From Deltaproteobacteria bacterium (GTDB lineage Bacteria > Desulfobacterota > Binatia > UBA1149 > JAJCZL01), in NCBI GenBank assembly GCA_029262415.1, contig JAJCZL010000038.1:6137-70136 (forward strand): a stretch of DNA of 64,000 bases, read 5' to 3'. Position 1 is the stretch's first letter, and every line of letters begins with the position of its first letter. A program made the position numbers and the translations under genes. Positions 1 to 10,057 of this stretch are shown here, piece by piece. The notes beneath the pieces were generated by a model. That model saw only the letters and a list, made by a program, of their open reading frames with translations, ran no database searches and had not been told where the DNA came from.

Positions 1-1487
1 GCACTGCTGTAGTAGGGGCTGCCCTCGCTCTCGTATTTCTCGCGGATCGGCCTGGTGAATTCTTCTTGTTCGGCCTCGTTCATGGCTTTGCCGGACTTCT
101 CGAGTTGGCTCTGCTTGACGGTCAGCAATACCGCAGCGGCTTGTTCACCGCCCATGACCGAGATGCGACCGTTCGGCCACATGAACAACAGACGTGGCGA
201 GTAAGCACGGCCACACATTCCGTAGTTTCCGGCACCATTAGACGCACCGATGATGACGGTGTAGCGCGGTACCTTGGCGTTGGCCACGGCCATCACCATC
301 TTGGCACCATCTTTGGCGATCCCGCGGGCTTCGTACTCGCGGCCGACGATGAAGCCGGTGATGTTTTGCAAAAACACCAGCGGTACGCCGCGTTGTGAAC
401 AAAGCTCTATGAAGTGAGTGGCCTTGAGTGCCGACTCCGAGAACAGTACGCCGTTGTTGGCAACGATCCCGACCGGCATACCGTGGATGCGCGCAAAACC
501 GGTGACTATGGTCGGTCCGTAGCGTGCGCGGAATTCGTGCATACGGCTGCCGTCTACGATACGCGCGATAATCTCGCGAACGTCGAAGGGCTTGCGCGGG
601 TCGGCGGAGACAATTCCATAAATTTCTTCAGGGTCGTAGTAGGGATCTTCGGGGGCCGTCAGGTCCCACGGACACGCCCGGCCTGCGGGGATATTCTCGA
701 AGATCTCGCGTGCGATGCGCAACGCGTGTTCGTCGTTGTCGGCTAAGTGATCGCTGACACCCGACTCTCCGGTGTGTAGTGCGCCGCCGCCGAGGGCCTC
801 GGCGCTTACGTCTTCGCCGGTTGCGGCTTTGACCAGCGGAGGGCCGGCAAGAAAAATCGTGCCTTGCTCTTTGACGATGATGGTCTCGTCGCACATCGCC
901 GGAACGTAGGCGCCGCCCGCCGTACACGAGCCCATCACCACGGCGACCTGCGCTATGCCCGCCGCCGACATGTTCGCCTGGTTATAGAAGATACGACCGA
1001 AGTGGTCGCGGTCGGGAAAGACTTCGTCCTGCATCGGCAAGAAGGCGCCGCCGGAGTCGACCAGGTATACGCAGGGAAGGCGGTTCTCTAGGGCAATTTC
1101 TTGCGCGCGCAGGTGCTTTTTGACCGTCATCGGGTAGTAGGTTCCACCCTTGACGGTCGCGTCGTTGGCGACGATGACCACCCGGCGGCCCGAGACCTGA
1201 CCGATTCCGATGACGATGCCTGCCGAAGGTGCCTCGTCATCGTACAGACCGGCTGCTGCGAGCGCAGCCACCTCGAGAAACGGTGTGCCCGGATCGATCA
1301 GTGCGTCGATGCGGTCGCGCACCAACAGTTTGTCACGGCTGGTATGAAGTTCGCGGGATTTGACCGGGCCGCCTTCGCGGGTGTCGGCCAAACGTCCACT
1401 GAGGTCCTCGACCAGCGCGCGCATCGCAGCCGCGTTGGTTTTAAACTCATGGTCAGATGTGTTGATGCTGCTGGCGATGCGTCTCAC
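1..1487 (-). CDS. Acyl-CoA carboxylase carboxyltransferase subunit (methylcrotonyl-CoA carboxylase beta-like), 3' end outside the window
   Basis: Translated by hand on the minus strand from GTG 1487, which overlaps the HAD stop as GTGA. Contains [35 protein letters not shown] and [15 protein letters not shown]. The segments I read near both ends share one frame; no stop before the window edge. Confidence 0.9.
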   Translation of the reverse strand, partial: MRRIASSINTSDHEFKTNAAAMRALVEDLSGRLADTREGGPVKSRELHTSRDKLLVRDRIDALIDPGTPFLEVAALAAAGLYDDEAPSAGIVIGIGQVSGRRVVIVANDATVKGGTYYPMTVKKHLRAQEIALENRLPCVYLVDSGGAFLPMQDEVFPDRDHFGRIFYNQANMSAAGIAQVAVVMGSCTAGGAYVPAMCDETIIVKEQGTIFLAGPPLVKAATGEDVSAEALGGGALHTGESGVSDHLADNDEHALRIAREIFENIPAGRACPWDLTAPEDPYYDPEEIYGIVSADPRKPFDVREIIARIVDGSRMHEFRARYGPTIVTGFARIHGMPVGIVANNGVLFSESALKATHFIELCSQRGVPLVFLQNITGFIVGREYEARGIAKDGAKMVMAVANAKVPRYTVIIGASNGAGNYGMCGRAYSPRLLFMWPNGRISVMGGEQAAAVLLTVKQSQLEKSGKAMNEAEQEEFTRPIREKYESEGSPYYSS

Positions 1488-2182
1488 GTTCTGCTCGCGT
1501 CAGCAGGAGCCCGCAGCGACTCTCCGCCGGCCAACTCTTTCAGGACCCCTAGCACGCGGTCTGTGTCGTCGTAGTGCAAGGTCTGCCAGCCAAGCGCACG
1601 CGCGGTTTTGAGGTTGCGGCGGAGGTCGTCGACGAAAAACATCTCGTCGTGGGCGACACCGAGCTGCTCGCGTGTGTGGTCGTAGATTCGCGGTTCGGGT
1701 TTGCGCATACCGAGTTCGCTGGAGTCAACGATGACGTCGAACATCCCTTCGACGTCGAGAATCCGACTCCAAGTCGGGCGCCATTCTACGATGTTGTTGG
1801 TGAGCAGAGCCGTAGGCATCCGCCTGCGGATGGCCTTGATGGCAGCGCAGACCTCGACGCGGATCCGCTCGATCTGCGTCTGCTCGCCGCGTTCGCCCAT
1901 AAACTGACCGGCGAGGTCCATGTCGACTCTTCCGCCGCGTGCGACGATCGCGCTGATCAGGTGTCGGCAGAACTTCTCGAAGGTGATTTCGCCACGCTCG
2001 ATCTCGGCCCAGGGACCGTCGTCACCGAAGACTTCGTCGCGGATCCCCAGCCATTCCGATTCAGGGATGCCGACGCGTTCACCGAAGGCGAGTACGTCGC
2101 TGGGGCCGCCGGCGAGAATCACGCCGCCCATGTCGAAGGCGGCCGCGCGCACACGGGTGGGTTCGATGTCGTGTTCCGGCAT
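1484..2182 (-). CDS. HAD-superfamily (IA) phosphatase
   Basis: AFDMGGVI motif [21 protein letters not shown]. Confidence 0.85.
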   Translation of the reverse strand: MPEHDIEPTRVRAAAFDMGGVILAGGPSDVLAFGERVGIPESEWLGIRDEVFGDDGPWAEIERGEITFEKFCRHLISAIVARGGRVDMDLAGQFMGERGEQTQIERIRVEVCAAIKAIRRRMPTALLTNNIVEWRPTWSRILDVEGMFDVIVDSSELGMRKPEPRIYDHTREQLGVAHDEMFFVDDLRRNLKTARALGWQTLHYDDTDRVLGVLKELAGGESLRAPADASRT

Positions 2183-2190
2183 AGCCGACA

Positions 2191-2218
2191 ATCATAGTCG
2201 GGCCGATGAGACGATCAA
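2191..2218 (-). promoter_or_regulatory. Putative sigma70 promoter of the HAD gene (near-leaderless)
   Basis: TTGATC-16 nt-TATGAT, ending 8 nt before ATG 2182; no SD. Confidence 0.45.
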
Positions 2219-2245
2219 CATCCAGATCCCTGCGGCGCGCCCAAC

Positions 2246-3379
2246 CTAAACGCGCTGCACCAGCCAGATCGTACCCATGACGATGATCGCCAGCGACAGC
2301 GCTAGGCGTACCCGGCGGTGGCCGGCAAAGCGGCCTACCGCGGCGAGCAGCGGGAGCGCGATCACGACGGTGGTGACCTGACCGACCTCGACACCCAGAT
2401 TGAACCCGAGCAGCGGCAGCACCACGTTGCCCGGAGGCAGGCCGATCTCGCGCAAGATCCCGGCGAAACCGAAGCCGTGAACCAGACCGAACAGGAACGT
2501 AACGAGCCAGCGGTGCGAGATATGGCGCCGCAACACGTTTTCACCCGCGACGTAGAGGATGCTCACGGCGATGACGATCTCGACGGGGCGTTGCGGCAAC
2601 GAGAAGACGTCGAGAGCCGCAGAGGCGAGTGTGATGCTGTGGGCTATCGTAAATGCGGTGACGATCGCCGCGGCTTGGCCGAACGCCAATCCCGGAGCCA
2701 GCAGCAGCGCGAGCAGAAACAGCAGGTGATCATATCCGCCCAGTATGTGGTCGATGCCGAGTCTAAAGAAGCTCACAAACCCGCCGGCGCTCGCTTGCTG
2801 CGCCTCGGAGCCGAGGTTGCTTGCAACTGTGTCGGCAGATGTCTGGCCGCCGAGCATCACTACCGGCCGGCTGGGGTCGAATACGTGCGTCCAACGCTCC
2901 TCGCCGCGGCTTATCGTTGCGATGTTCTTGTAGCCGGTGAGGTTGCGGTCAAATGGCCGAAACTCAACGCGCAGGCCGTTGATCTCGAGCGGACAGGTAT
3001 AGCCGAGGACCACCGTTAGGTCGTCGCGGGTGTCGGGTCCGATCAGTTCATCTATCTCAGGCGTGCACGCTTGCCGTCCGCTTTGAATGCGGATGGTCGC
3101 CGACAGCCACTCGAGGATCGAGGCTTCGGCGTCAATGACGGCGCGCCGTTGCACCTCTCCTCTTCCGTTGGCCTCGATGCCGGGTACTAGATGAGCGGCA
3201 AAGCGAAAGCTGTAGGCGAGGTGGGCGCCGGAGATCTTTATATCGGAGTAACTGAGGTTGCCGAGGTGCGCAGACGCGTGCGGCGGTATCACAACTGCGG
3301 TGCACGCGGCGGCGGCCAACGCGAACACGGCGACCGGGCTGACGCGGCTGGTGTGAACGTCTTTCCTACGCGCCGGCAT
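2246..3379 (-). CDS. HupE/UreJ-family membrane protein with N-terminal exported domain
   Basis: Signal-like segment ending ASAH; [43 protein letters not shown]. Start uncertain. Confidence 0.85.
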   Translation of the reverse strand: MPARRKDVHTSRVSPVAVFALAAAACTAVVIPPHASAHLGNLSYSDIKISGAHLAYSFRFAAHLVPGIEANGRGEVQRRAVIDAEASILEWLSATIRIQSGRQACTPEIDELIGPDTRDDLTVVLGYTCPLEINGLRVEFRPFDRNLTGYKNIATISRGEERWTHVFDPSRPVVMLGGQTSADTVASNLGSEAQQASAGGFVSFFRLGIDHILGGYDHLLFLLALLLAPGLAFGQAAAIVTAFTIAHSITLASAALDVFSLPQRPVEIVIAVSILYVAGENVLRRHISHRWLVTFLFGLVHGFGFAGILREIGLPPGNVVLPLLGFNLGVEVGQVTTVVIALPLLAAVGRFAGHRRVRLALSLAIIVMGTIWLVQRV

Positions 3380-3416
3380 CCGCGTTGTATAGCGCGTGCA
3401 TTGCACGCGTACGAGT

Positions 3417-4514
3417 TCAGTTCCGTTCGAGACCGGCTTCGATGTAGTGCGCGACGACGCGCTCACTGGTGCCGTCGAGGTCGCGGCCTGAGACGATCGA
3501 CATGCCAGAGACCAGGTCGCGAGCAGCCGAGGCCGAGGTATAGCGCCGCAGCAATCGGCGTCCGGTGTTACGGATCGCGACCGTCGCTTCGGCGGCGTGC
3601 AGCGAAGTCAGGTCGCATTGAACCTTGGCTTTCTCGATTCCGCGGCGTTTGAGCAACTGCACGGTGCGGACCACCGAACTGTCAAGTGCGTAGACTTGGA
3701 TAATGAAGTCGAGCAGCTCTTCCATCGCATCGTCGGGAAGCGGTTCGTCGATGGCGCGTAGCAGAGTGAGCACGCGGGCGGCCAACAGTTTTGCTGACTC
3801 GGCGGCCATCTGTTCTTGTCCGAGCACCCAGTCGGGGCGGGCGGTCTCGGGATCGCCGGCGTGTCTGCCGACGAGCGCGGGAAAGTGCGCGTCAGACAGC
3901 GCACCGAGGCTGAGGCCTCCTGTTCCACCGCCGCAGCGGTCGAGCACGGTCTGCGCAATGGTTTTGCGATCAGCTGCGGCACGTGGGCGCGAGTCGCGGA
4001 TTATGACGCGCAGGTACGGGTTTGCGGCGCGTAGCTCACCGAGCAGCCGGTCGGTCGCGTCGGAGAGGTTCTCGTAGGCATAGCGTCGTGTGACCACGAA
4101 TTCGACCGGCAACGCCCGCATCGCGTCTTGCAGCGTTGCTCCGCCCTCGCGGCCCGCGACCCAGTCGATACCGCTGCCGGCGCTCCGGTAGCTCATGCTC
4201 TCGGCCGCGTACAGCCGAGCGGCGGCCAGCGCCGCCACCGCCTTGAGCTTCGAGGTGAAACGCGACGCCGGCAGCACCGACATTGCGTCGAGTGCGTCGA
4301 GAGTGCGCGCGACCGGTGCTCCGCCGAGCACGGAAAGTGATTCTTCCAACAGTGTCGCCCCGCCGTTTTGCGGAACACCGGCGGCAGAAGTGAAGGCTTT
4401 GTGGGCTCGCTGGCAGGCAAGCGTATCTTGAGCGAGTTCTTCCGGAGCCAGAACATCACGCGCGCTGATCGGTTCTACGAGAAAACGAGCGGTATCGTAC
4501 AGTGTGATTGCCAC
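3417..4514 (-). CDS. Hypothetical protein resembling a degenerate FadE-type acyl-CoA dehydrogenase
   Basis: N-terminal FLVEPISARDVLAPEEL and C-terminal LLDFIIQVYALDSSVVRT recall long FadE-type ACADs; FAD-binding motifs not recognisable. Start could be GTG 4514 or 4544. Confidence 0.5.
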   Translation of the reverse strand: MAITLYDTARFLVEPISARDVLAPEELAQDTLACQRAHKAFTSAAGVPQNGGATLLEESLSVLGGAPVARTLDALDAMSVLPASRFTSKLKAVAALAAARLYAAESMSYRSAGSGIDWVAGREGGATLQDAMRALPVEFVVTRRYAYENLSDATDRLLGELRAANPYLRVIIRDSRPRAAADRKTIAQTVLDRCGGGTGGLSLGALSDAHFPALVGRHAGDPETARPDWVLGQEQMAAESAKLLAARVLTLLRAIDEPLPDDAMEELLDFIIQVYALDSSVVRTVQLLKRRGIEKAKVQCDLTSLHAAEATVAIRNTGRRLLRRYTSASAARDLVSGMSIVSGRDLDGTSERVVAHYIEAGLERN

Positions 4515-4699
4515 CGCCCTCACACTTTGCACGGGTCGTGCCACGCGCGAACGGGTGAGGACAGCAAAACCGTCATTAAATAAGGTACATGCAAAAGAGG
4601 GGCACAGACCCGAAGTTGCTCAAATGCAAGAGCTTGGGAATGGCTTGCAGCGCTGCGGCTTACCCGATCGGGTGTCAACGGCGATTGCCCGTAAAGAGA

Positions 4700-5590
4700 T
4701 CAGACCGCCTTGGCTCTGCTTGAGGCGGCGGCAACCGGCGGTCGTTCGAGCGTGCGTTTGGCGTCGCGGTAACCGGCTGCGATCAAGCGCTCGGCGCGTT
4801 CGGGTGTCGAGCTGAACAGTGCCAACGGACTGAAGCCCGAGAGTTCCTCACCGGGTTCGATGATCGTCACCGGCACGTCGTGAAACCTGCCTTCCTCAAT
4901 GCGGGCATATAGGTGCCCCATGTTGCCGATGGTCCGCCACAACACGTCGAGCAGCCGCTTATAGTAACCGAACGTGCTGTCGAATTTGGCGTGGTAGGGC
5001 AGATGGCTCGCTATCGGCGCGAGTACGTAGATTTCAGTGGCGTCAATCTCGAGGGCGTGTTCGAGGGGGATGTTCCAGGCCAGACCGCCGTCGGTGTAGA
5101 ACTCACCGCGAATGTCGACCGGCGGGAAAAGCGGCGGGATCGAGTAGCCGGCGCGCACCACCGAGCGGAGTTCGCGCCAGTCTTTGCACATCTTCTGCGC
5201 CCACATCTCGCCATGCCCACGCGAGAGGTTGAGCAAGATGAACTCCAAGTCCAGGCGCGAGTCGAAGAGCTTGGGAAAGTCGATGAATTCTTCGATCGTC
5301 GTGGCGATGCGGTCGATCGAGAACAGCGAAAGCCCGGTGATTGGGTTGTCCTTGCGGGTTGGGTAGATGACCTTGGAGAGCGAGCTGAAATTCTTCCAGT
5401 GCTCTTCGAGCGCGATGACGCCACCGGTTCCGTACACGCAGCCGTTGATCACGCCGATCGAGCTGCAGATCAGTGCATCGGGTTTGATGCCGATTTCTTC
5501 CAGATATTTGAGCGCGCCGACCTGGTGCGCGCCGAGCGCGGCTCCGCCGCCGAGAATGAAAACCCGTTTACGTCCCGGTACGTCGCTCAT
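4700..5590 (-). CDS. Patatin-like phospholipase
   Basis: GGGAALGAHQVG oxyanion motif, CSSIG nucleophile elbow, TDGG. Confidence 0.85.
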   Translation of the reverse strand: MSDVPGRKRVFILGGGAALGAHQVGALKYLEEIGIKPDALICSSIGVINGCVYGTGGVIALEEHWKNFSSLSKVIYPTRKDNPITGLSLFSIDRIATTIEEFIDFPKLFDSRLDLEFILLNLSRGHGEMWAQKMCKDWRELRSVVRAGYSIPPLFPPVDIRGEFYTDGGLAWNIPLEHALEIDATEIYVLAPIASHLPYHAKFDSTFGYYKRLLDVLWRTIGNMGHLYARIEEGRFHDVPVTIIEPGEELSGFSPLALFSSTPERAERLIAAGYRDAKRTLERPPVAAASSRAKAV

Positions 5591-5629
5591 GCCGCGGCTC
5601 CTTCGCTTCGACCACTGGTGGCGTCGCGA

Positions 5630-6532
5630 TCAAAAGAAGATGCTCTTGCGCGCGGCGAGTCCACGCCGCAGCATCGCTTGAATCGTCGATTTCACCTGAT
5701 CGACTTTTTCACGAATGCGTTCGTCGTCGTCGTTGGGGTCGCCTTCGAAGTACATCGGTTCACCGAATTCGATGTGGTAGCGCACCGGCAACGGCCATAT
5801 GCCGAGCGGTCCGAGCCACGGAAACGTCAGCGTGATCGGGAACGCGGGCATGCCGAGCAATTCGCCGAGGCCTTTCAGGTTGGCGATGCCCGGGGCCTGC
5901 TCCTCGCTTCCGACCACTGCGAAGGGGACGATCGGAGTCTCGGATTCCAGCGCCAAACGCATGAAACCCATGCCGAACTCTTGTAGCTGGTAGGCGTCGG
6001 CGTAGGTCTTGTTCATGCCGCGCACGCCTTCGGGAAAAGCGAGCACGCACTCGCCGTGGCGCAGCATGTCGGCGCAGGTCTTGCGTGTTCCCACCGCGCT
6101 GCCGACCCGATCCATGAAAACGTTGAACCAGGGAAGCGTTCCCAGCCAGTATTCGCCCATCGCGCGCGCAAGGCGCGGCGGGTCGGCCTCAAGCACTGTG
6201 GCCGCGCTGACCATTGCTCCGTCAAAGGCGACCTGGCCGGCGTGGTTGCCGATCAAGAGAAAGCTTCCTTCGGGGAAGTGCTCCGTGCCTGTGGTGATGC
6301 AACGGAAGTAGTACCTGTAGAGGAAGGCCGGGATCAGCATCCAGCGTTTGAGTACGTCGGGGTTAAAGCCCCAAGGATCGTAGCCGTACTCGTTTAGATC
6401 GGCCGGAATCGATTCGATGCGCTCGTCGAGTTCCTCGCGCAACTCGGCCCAGAAGTTGCCGGCCGAGGTTAGGCTTGAAAGCGCGTTTTGCAGCAGTCCG
6501 GTCGCTTTCATGTCGTCGTCCGCGTGCTTCAT
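5630..6532 (-). CDS. Lysophospholipid/glycerolipid acyltransferase (PlsC/DGAT2-like)
   Basis: GNHAGQVAFD (NHxxxxxD), AFPEGVRG, GFMRLAL, PIVPFAVVG; start overlaps the upstream stop as ATGA. Confidence 0.85.
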   Translation of the reverse strand: MKHADDDMKATGLLQNALSSLTSAGNFWAELREELDERIESIPADLNEYGYDPWGFNPDVLKRWMLIPAFLYRYYFRCITTGTEHFPEGSFLLIGNHAGQVAFDGAMVSAATVLEADPPRLARAMGEYWLGTLPWFNVFMDRVGSAVGTRKTCADMLRHGECVLAFPEGVRGMNKTYADAYQLQEFGMGFMRLALESETPIVPFAVVGSEEQAPGIANLKGLGELLGMPAFPITLTFPWLGPLGIWPLPVRYHIEFGEPMYFEGDPNDDDERIREKVDQVKSTIQAMLRRGLAARKSIFF

Positions 6533-7446
6533 TGTGCCAGGCTCGAGAAGGTATCGGCCAGCGAGAACAGCGGCTCGAAATCGGTGGCCTCGGTGAAACG
6601 CTTGCCCGAGACGGTACAGGGGTACTTGATGAAGTCGATCGCCTCGGGCGGAAACTGGTAGAGCTTGAAGCGGAACAGTTGCCGGATCAGCGCGTGCGCG
6701 ATCGGTTCCGGGATCGAGATGCGGGTGGCGCCGATTGCTTTCAGGGCCGTCTTGAGCGGAACCGCTCCCGGCCCGACCACATTGAAGACGCCGCGCAGTG
6801 TCTTCTCCAGCGCGAGCACGATAGCTTCGCTGACGTCTTCCTCGTGTATGAACTGCATCATCGGGTTGAACCCGGACACGGTCGGGACGATATCGAGCTT
6901 TAGATAGCCGCCGATGGCGCTGTGTGTATAGTAGCCAAGGGTGTTGACCGGCCGCAGTACGGAGGTGGCAACTTCGGGATAGCGCCATAGAAACGTCGAT
7001 ACCAAGCCTTCGACCTCGGATAGATCGCGCAGGTCGGGGAACGTCCTGGAGATGTTGAGCGAGTGGTCTTCGTCGACGTACATGGGGTTGTCGGCCATCG
7101 CCCCGTAGACATAGGAACTGGAGAGCACGATGACCTGTTTAATGCCGTATGCGGCACAGTGATCGAGCAAGTGGCGGGTGCCGTCTACGTTGACCTCGTG
7201 GCGTACTTGGGGATCGCTGCGGAAATGACGTACAAAGGCGAGGTGGACTACGGCGTCGGGGCGCTCAACGCGGAGCACGTTCTCGAACCGTTTGGTGCGC
7301 AGGTCCATGGTGGTCACGCGGATATCGCGCGGGGCGCCTTCCCAGGGCATTCGGTCGACACCGATGATGTCCCACTGACCTGCCAGACGTTTGGCGAGAA
7401 GTCGGCCCTGTCCGCCCGAGATTCCGGTGATGAGCAGCTTCCTCAT
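6529..7446 (-). CDS. NAD-dependent epimerase/dehydratase-family (atypical extended SDR) protein
   Basis: LLITGISGGQG Rossmann motif, VVHLA, VNVDGT, SSSYVYG, QFIHEEDV. Confidence 0.85.
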   Translation of the reverse strand: MRKLLITGISGGQGRLLAKRLAGQWDIIGVDRMPWEGAPRDIRVTTMDLRTKRFENVLRVERPDAVVHLAFVRHFRSDPQVRHEVNVDGTRHLLDHCAAYGIKQVIVLSSSYVYGAMADNPMYVDEDHSLNISRTFPDLRDLSEVEGLVSTFLWRYPEVATSVLRPVNTLGYYTHSAIGGYLKLDIVPTVSGFNPMMQFIHEEDVSEAIVLALEKTLRGVFNVVGPGAVPLKTALKAIGATRISIPEPIAHALIRQLFRFKLYQFPPEAIDFIKYPCTVSGKRFTEATDFEPLFSLADTFSSLAQ

Positions 7447-7486
7447 GTTTGCCGCGTGTTTATGACAAATTAGCAGGCCGGGTTCA

Positions 7487-8440
7487 ATGACGCAGCGCGA
7501 GAACAGTTTTAAGGGTGCCATGACAGGCACCGTGGTTGGCGATTGCCTCGGGTACCGGTCCCAAGGCGTGGAGTTCCGTTTGGTCGCCCGTCGCTACCCT
7601 GACGCCGCCAAATTGGCGGCGATCAAGCCGGGCCCGGCAGGTGCAGCGACGCTGATGACGATCGCGGTGGCCGAATCGTTGGCCGCCGAGCCCGAGTTCT
7701 ACCCGGCCGATCTCGCCGCGCGCCTCGCCGCAGCATACCAAGAGGACTGCGGGTTCGGCCGCGGTACCGCCCGCGTGCTGCAACGTCTGCGTGAAGGTGA
7801 GCACTGGAAAAGAGCCGCGCAAGGGCCGGGCGGGCGCGGATCGTTCGGCAACGGTGCGGCGGTACGTAGCGCTCCGATCGGACTGGTGATGCGCGAGGAT
7901 GCCGATAGCCTGCGCTGGACGGCGGAAGAAGCCGCCGCGATCACCCACGATCATGCATTCGGAACCGAAGGGGCGGTCATGCATGCGTACGCCGTCGCGA
8001 TCGCCTCGCTTGCATACCGACGGCAGGTCGACGGCCAAGGCTTTCTGCGTTCGCTGGCCGAAGCAACCAGTGTTCGTGAGTACCGTGCCCGCTACCGCAC
8101 CGCGGCCGAACTGCTCGAGCGCAAGAACCTGACCGCAAAAGCCATCGTAGATCGTCTCGGTAACGCGAGTACAGCGCTGGGTTCGGTCCCGACCGCGGCG
8201 TTTTGCTTTGCCGAGCAGCCCGGTAACTTCGAACGCGCGATGTCGCGCGCGCTCTCACTCGGCGGTTCTGCTTGTGCGATCGCTTCGATGACAGGCGCGC
8301 TGGCCGGGGCTTGCCTCGGCCACGAGGCGATCCCTGTGCCGTGGCGTGACCACCTCGAAGTGCAACAAGCGGTAATCCGGCTTTCCCCGCTTTGGACGAA
8401 AGACTTGCGCAAACCAAGCCCGCGCGAAGAAGGCGCCTGA
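7487..8440 (+). CDS. ADP-ribosylglycohydrolase-fold protein (catalytic Asp residues missing)
   Basis: GTVVGDCLG, GSFGNGAAVRSAPIGL, AITH and ASMTGALAGA..G...IP..W fit the ARH/DraG fold. Confidence 0.85.
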   Translation: MTQRENSFKGAMTGTVVGDCLGYRSQGVEFRLVARRYPDAAKLAAIKPGPAGAATLMTIAVAESLAAEPEFYPADLAARLAAAYQEDCGFGRGTARVLQRLREGEHWKRAAQGPGGRGSFGNGAAVRSAPIGLVMREDADSLRWTAEEAAAITHDHAFGTEGAVMHAYAVAIASLAYRRQVDGQGFLRSLAEATSVREYRARYRTAAELLERKNLTAKAIVDRLGNASTALGSVPTAAFCFAEQPGNFERAMSRALSLGGSACAIASMTGALAGACLGHEAIPVPWRDHLEVQQAVIRLSPLWTKDLRKPSPREEGA

Positions 8441-8447
8441 GAAATTC

Positions 8448-10007
8448 TCAGCCGCCGCTTTTCGGTGACCTCAGCATCTGCGCAACGCTCTTACGCGACC
8501 GGAACAATAGGTTGAGAACCCGGCTGAAACGGCCGGCGGCGTTCTTCATCCCGGGGTACCAGAATACTTCGCCTCTCAAGCCGAAGCGGTCGATGATGAT
8601 CGACTGTTGAACGCAGTACTTGGTGATGCCTTCGGCGCCGTGACGCCGCCCGATGCCGGATTCTTTGATGCCGCCCATCGGGATCTCGGGGATCAGCATG
8701 TGAACCATGTGATCGTTGACGCACACGGCTCCGGCCTCGATGCGGCGTGCGATGTTCATCGCACCACGTTTGTCGCGCGACCACACCGAGGCCGAAAGCC
8801 CGTAGCGCGAGTCGTTGGCCAGGCGCAGCGCTTCTGCATCGTCTTTTACTTTCTGGATCGCGATTACCGGCCCGAAAGTTTCTTCGCGCATCACTTCCAT
8901 ATCGGCGGTTACGTCTACGAGTAGCGTCGGTGTAAACCAAAGGCCGTCGCGGTCGGCCGGCCGCTTGCCGCCGGCCAGTACCCGCGCGCCCTTGCGCTTG
9001 GCCTCTTCGACGTGGCGCTCGACCTTGTCGAGTTGCGGCGCGAAGGTCATCGAGCCGATGTCGGCGCCGTCATCGGGCATGCCTTGTTTGAGCTTGCCGA
9101 GGCGGTCAACGACCATCTCCACGAATTTGTCGTAGATCTTCTCGTGCACGTAGGCGCGTTCGATCGACAGACATACTTGGCCGGAGTTCACCATCGAACC
9201 CCAAACGATACCGTTGGCCGCGCGCTCGAGGTCGGCATCGGCGCAGACGATTGCAGGGTCGTTGCCACCCAGCTCCATCGTGGTGGGTTTTAGTTGCTCG
9301 GCGCATTTGATCTGGATCCTACGGCCGGTCTCAACGCTGCCGGTAAACGAAACCATGTCGACGAAGTCGATCAGGTCCGATCCGGTCTGTCCGTAGCCGG
9401 TCACGCAACTGAGCAGTCCCGGCGGCAGCCCGGCCTCCTCGCCGAGACGGCAGCCGAGTTGGGCGGTGAGCGGGGTGACTTCAGAGGGCTTAATCACCAC
9501 GCCGTTGCCGGCCATCAATGCCGGGATCGCCTCGCCGATGGTCAGAATCAAAGGGAAGTTCCAAGGCGTAATCATGCCGATTACGCCGCGTGGCTTGTAG
9601 GTAGAATAGGCGCGCTTGTTCTTGAAAAGGTGCAGCCGTTGCTCGCAGTCGGCGAGCAAACGCGCGCTTTGCTTAGCCCAAAAGCCGATCGCGTCGCAGG
9701 TGTAGAACAATTCGGCGGAGAACACCTCGCTTTTGGGCTTGCCGGTCTCGCCCGAGAGCGTATTGGCGATCTCGTCTTTACAGTCGATCAGGTGGTCGCG
9801 GAAGCGAACCAGCATCTTGCCGCGTTGTGTATAGCTGAGCGCGGCCCACTGGGTTTGCGCCTGCCTGCACTCGGCAACCGCGCGCTGTACGTCCTCGCGC
9901 GTAGCGACGGGAACCGTCCAGAGTTCTTCGCCCGTTGCCGGGTTAAAAACGGCGATGTTGTCTTTACGGTCGGTGTCGATCGATGCCGTGCGTGCGCTGC
10001 CTGCCAT
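8448..10007 (-). CDS. Aldehyde dehydrogenase
   Basis: PWNFP, KPSEVTP, FTGSVETG, MELGGNDP, NSGQVC, EETFGP. Confidence 0.95.
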   Translation of the reverse strand: MAGSARTASIDTDRKDNIAVFNPATGEELWTVPVATREDVQRAVAECRQAQTQWAALSYTQRGKMLVRFRDHLIDCKDEIANTLSGETGKPKSEVFSAELFYTCDAIGFWAKQSARLLADCEQRLHLFKNKRAYSTYKPRGVIGMITPWNFPLILTIGEAIPALMAGNGVVIKPSEVTPLTAQLGCRLGEEAGLPPGLLSCVTGYGQTGSDLIDFVDMVSFTGSVETGRRIQIKCAEQLKPTTMELGGNDPAIVCADADLERAANGIVWGSMVNSGQVCLSIERAYVHEKIYDKFVEMVVDRLGKLKQGMPDDGADIGSMTFAPQLDKVERHVEEAKRKGARVLAGGKRPADRDGLWFTPTLLVDVTADMEVMREETFGPVIAIQKVKDDAEALRLANDSRYGLSASVWSRDKRGAMNIARRIEAGAVCVNDHMVHMLIPEIPMGGIKESGIGRRHGAEGITKYCVQQSIIIDRFGLRGEVFWYPGMKNAAGRFSRVLNLLFRSRKSVAQMLRSPKSGG

Positions 10008-10013
10008 GACGGC

Positions 10014-10042
10014 AGGCTAGGCGCACGCGGCGGGCCTGTCAA
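10014..10042 (-). promoter_or_regulatory. sigma70 promoter giving a leaderless ALDH transcript
   Basis: TTGACA-17 nt-TAGCCT, ending 6 nt before ATG 10007; no SD. Confidence 0.6.
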
Positions 10043-10057
10043 AGAAGGCGGCTGTTG

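Noticed and set aside
5630-6988. N-terminal extensions in the ORF track (also argD, fsa, DegT, trpG, trmFO, HU, hslU)
   Set aside because: The extensions overlap neighbouring genes or promoters; family similarity starts at the downstream starts used.
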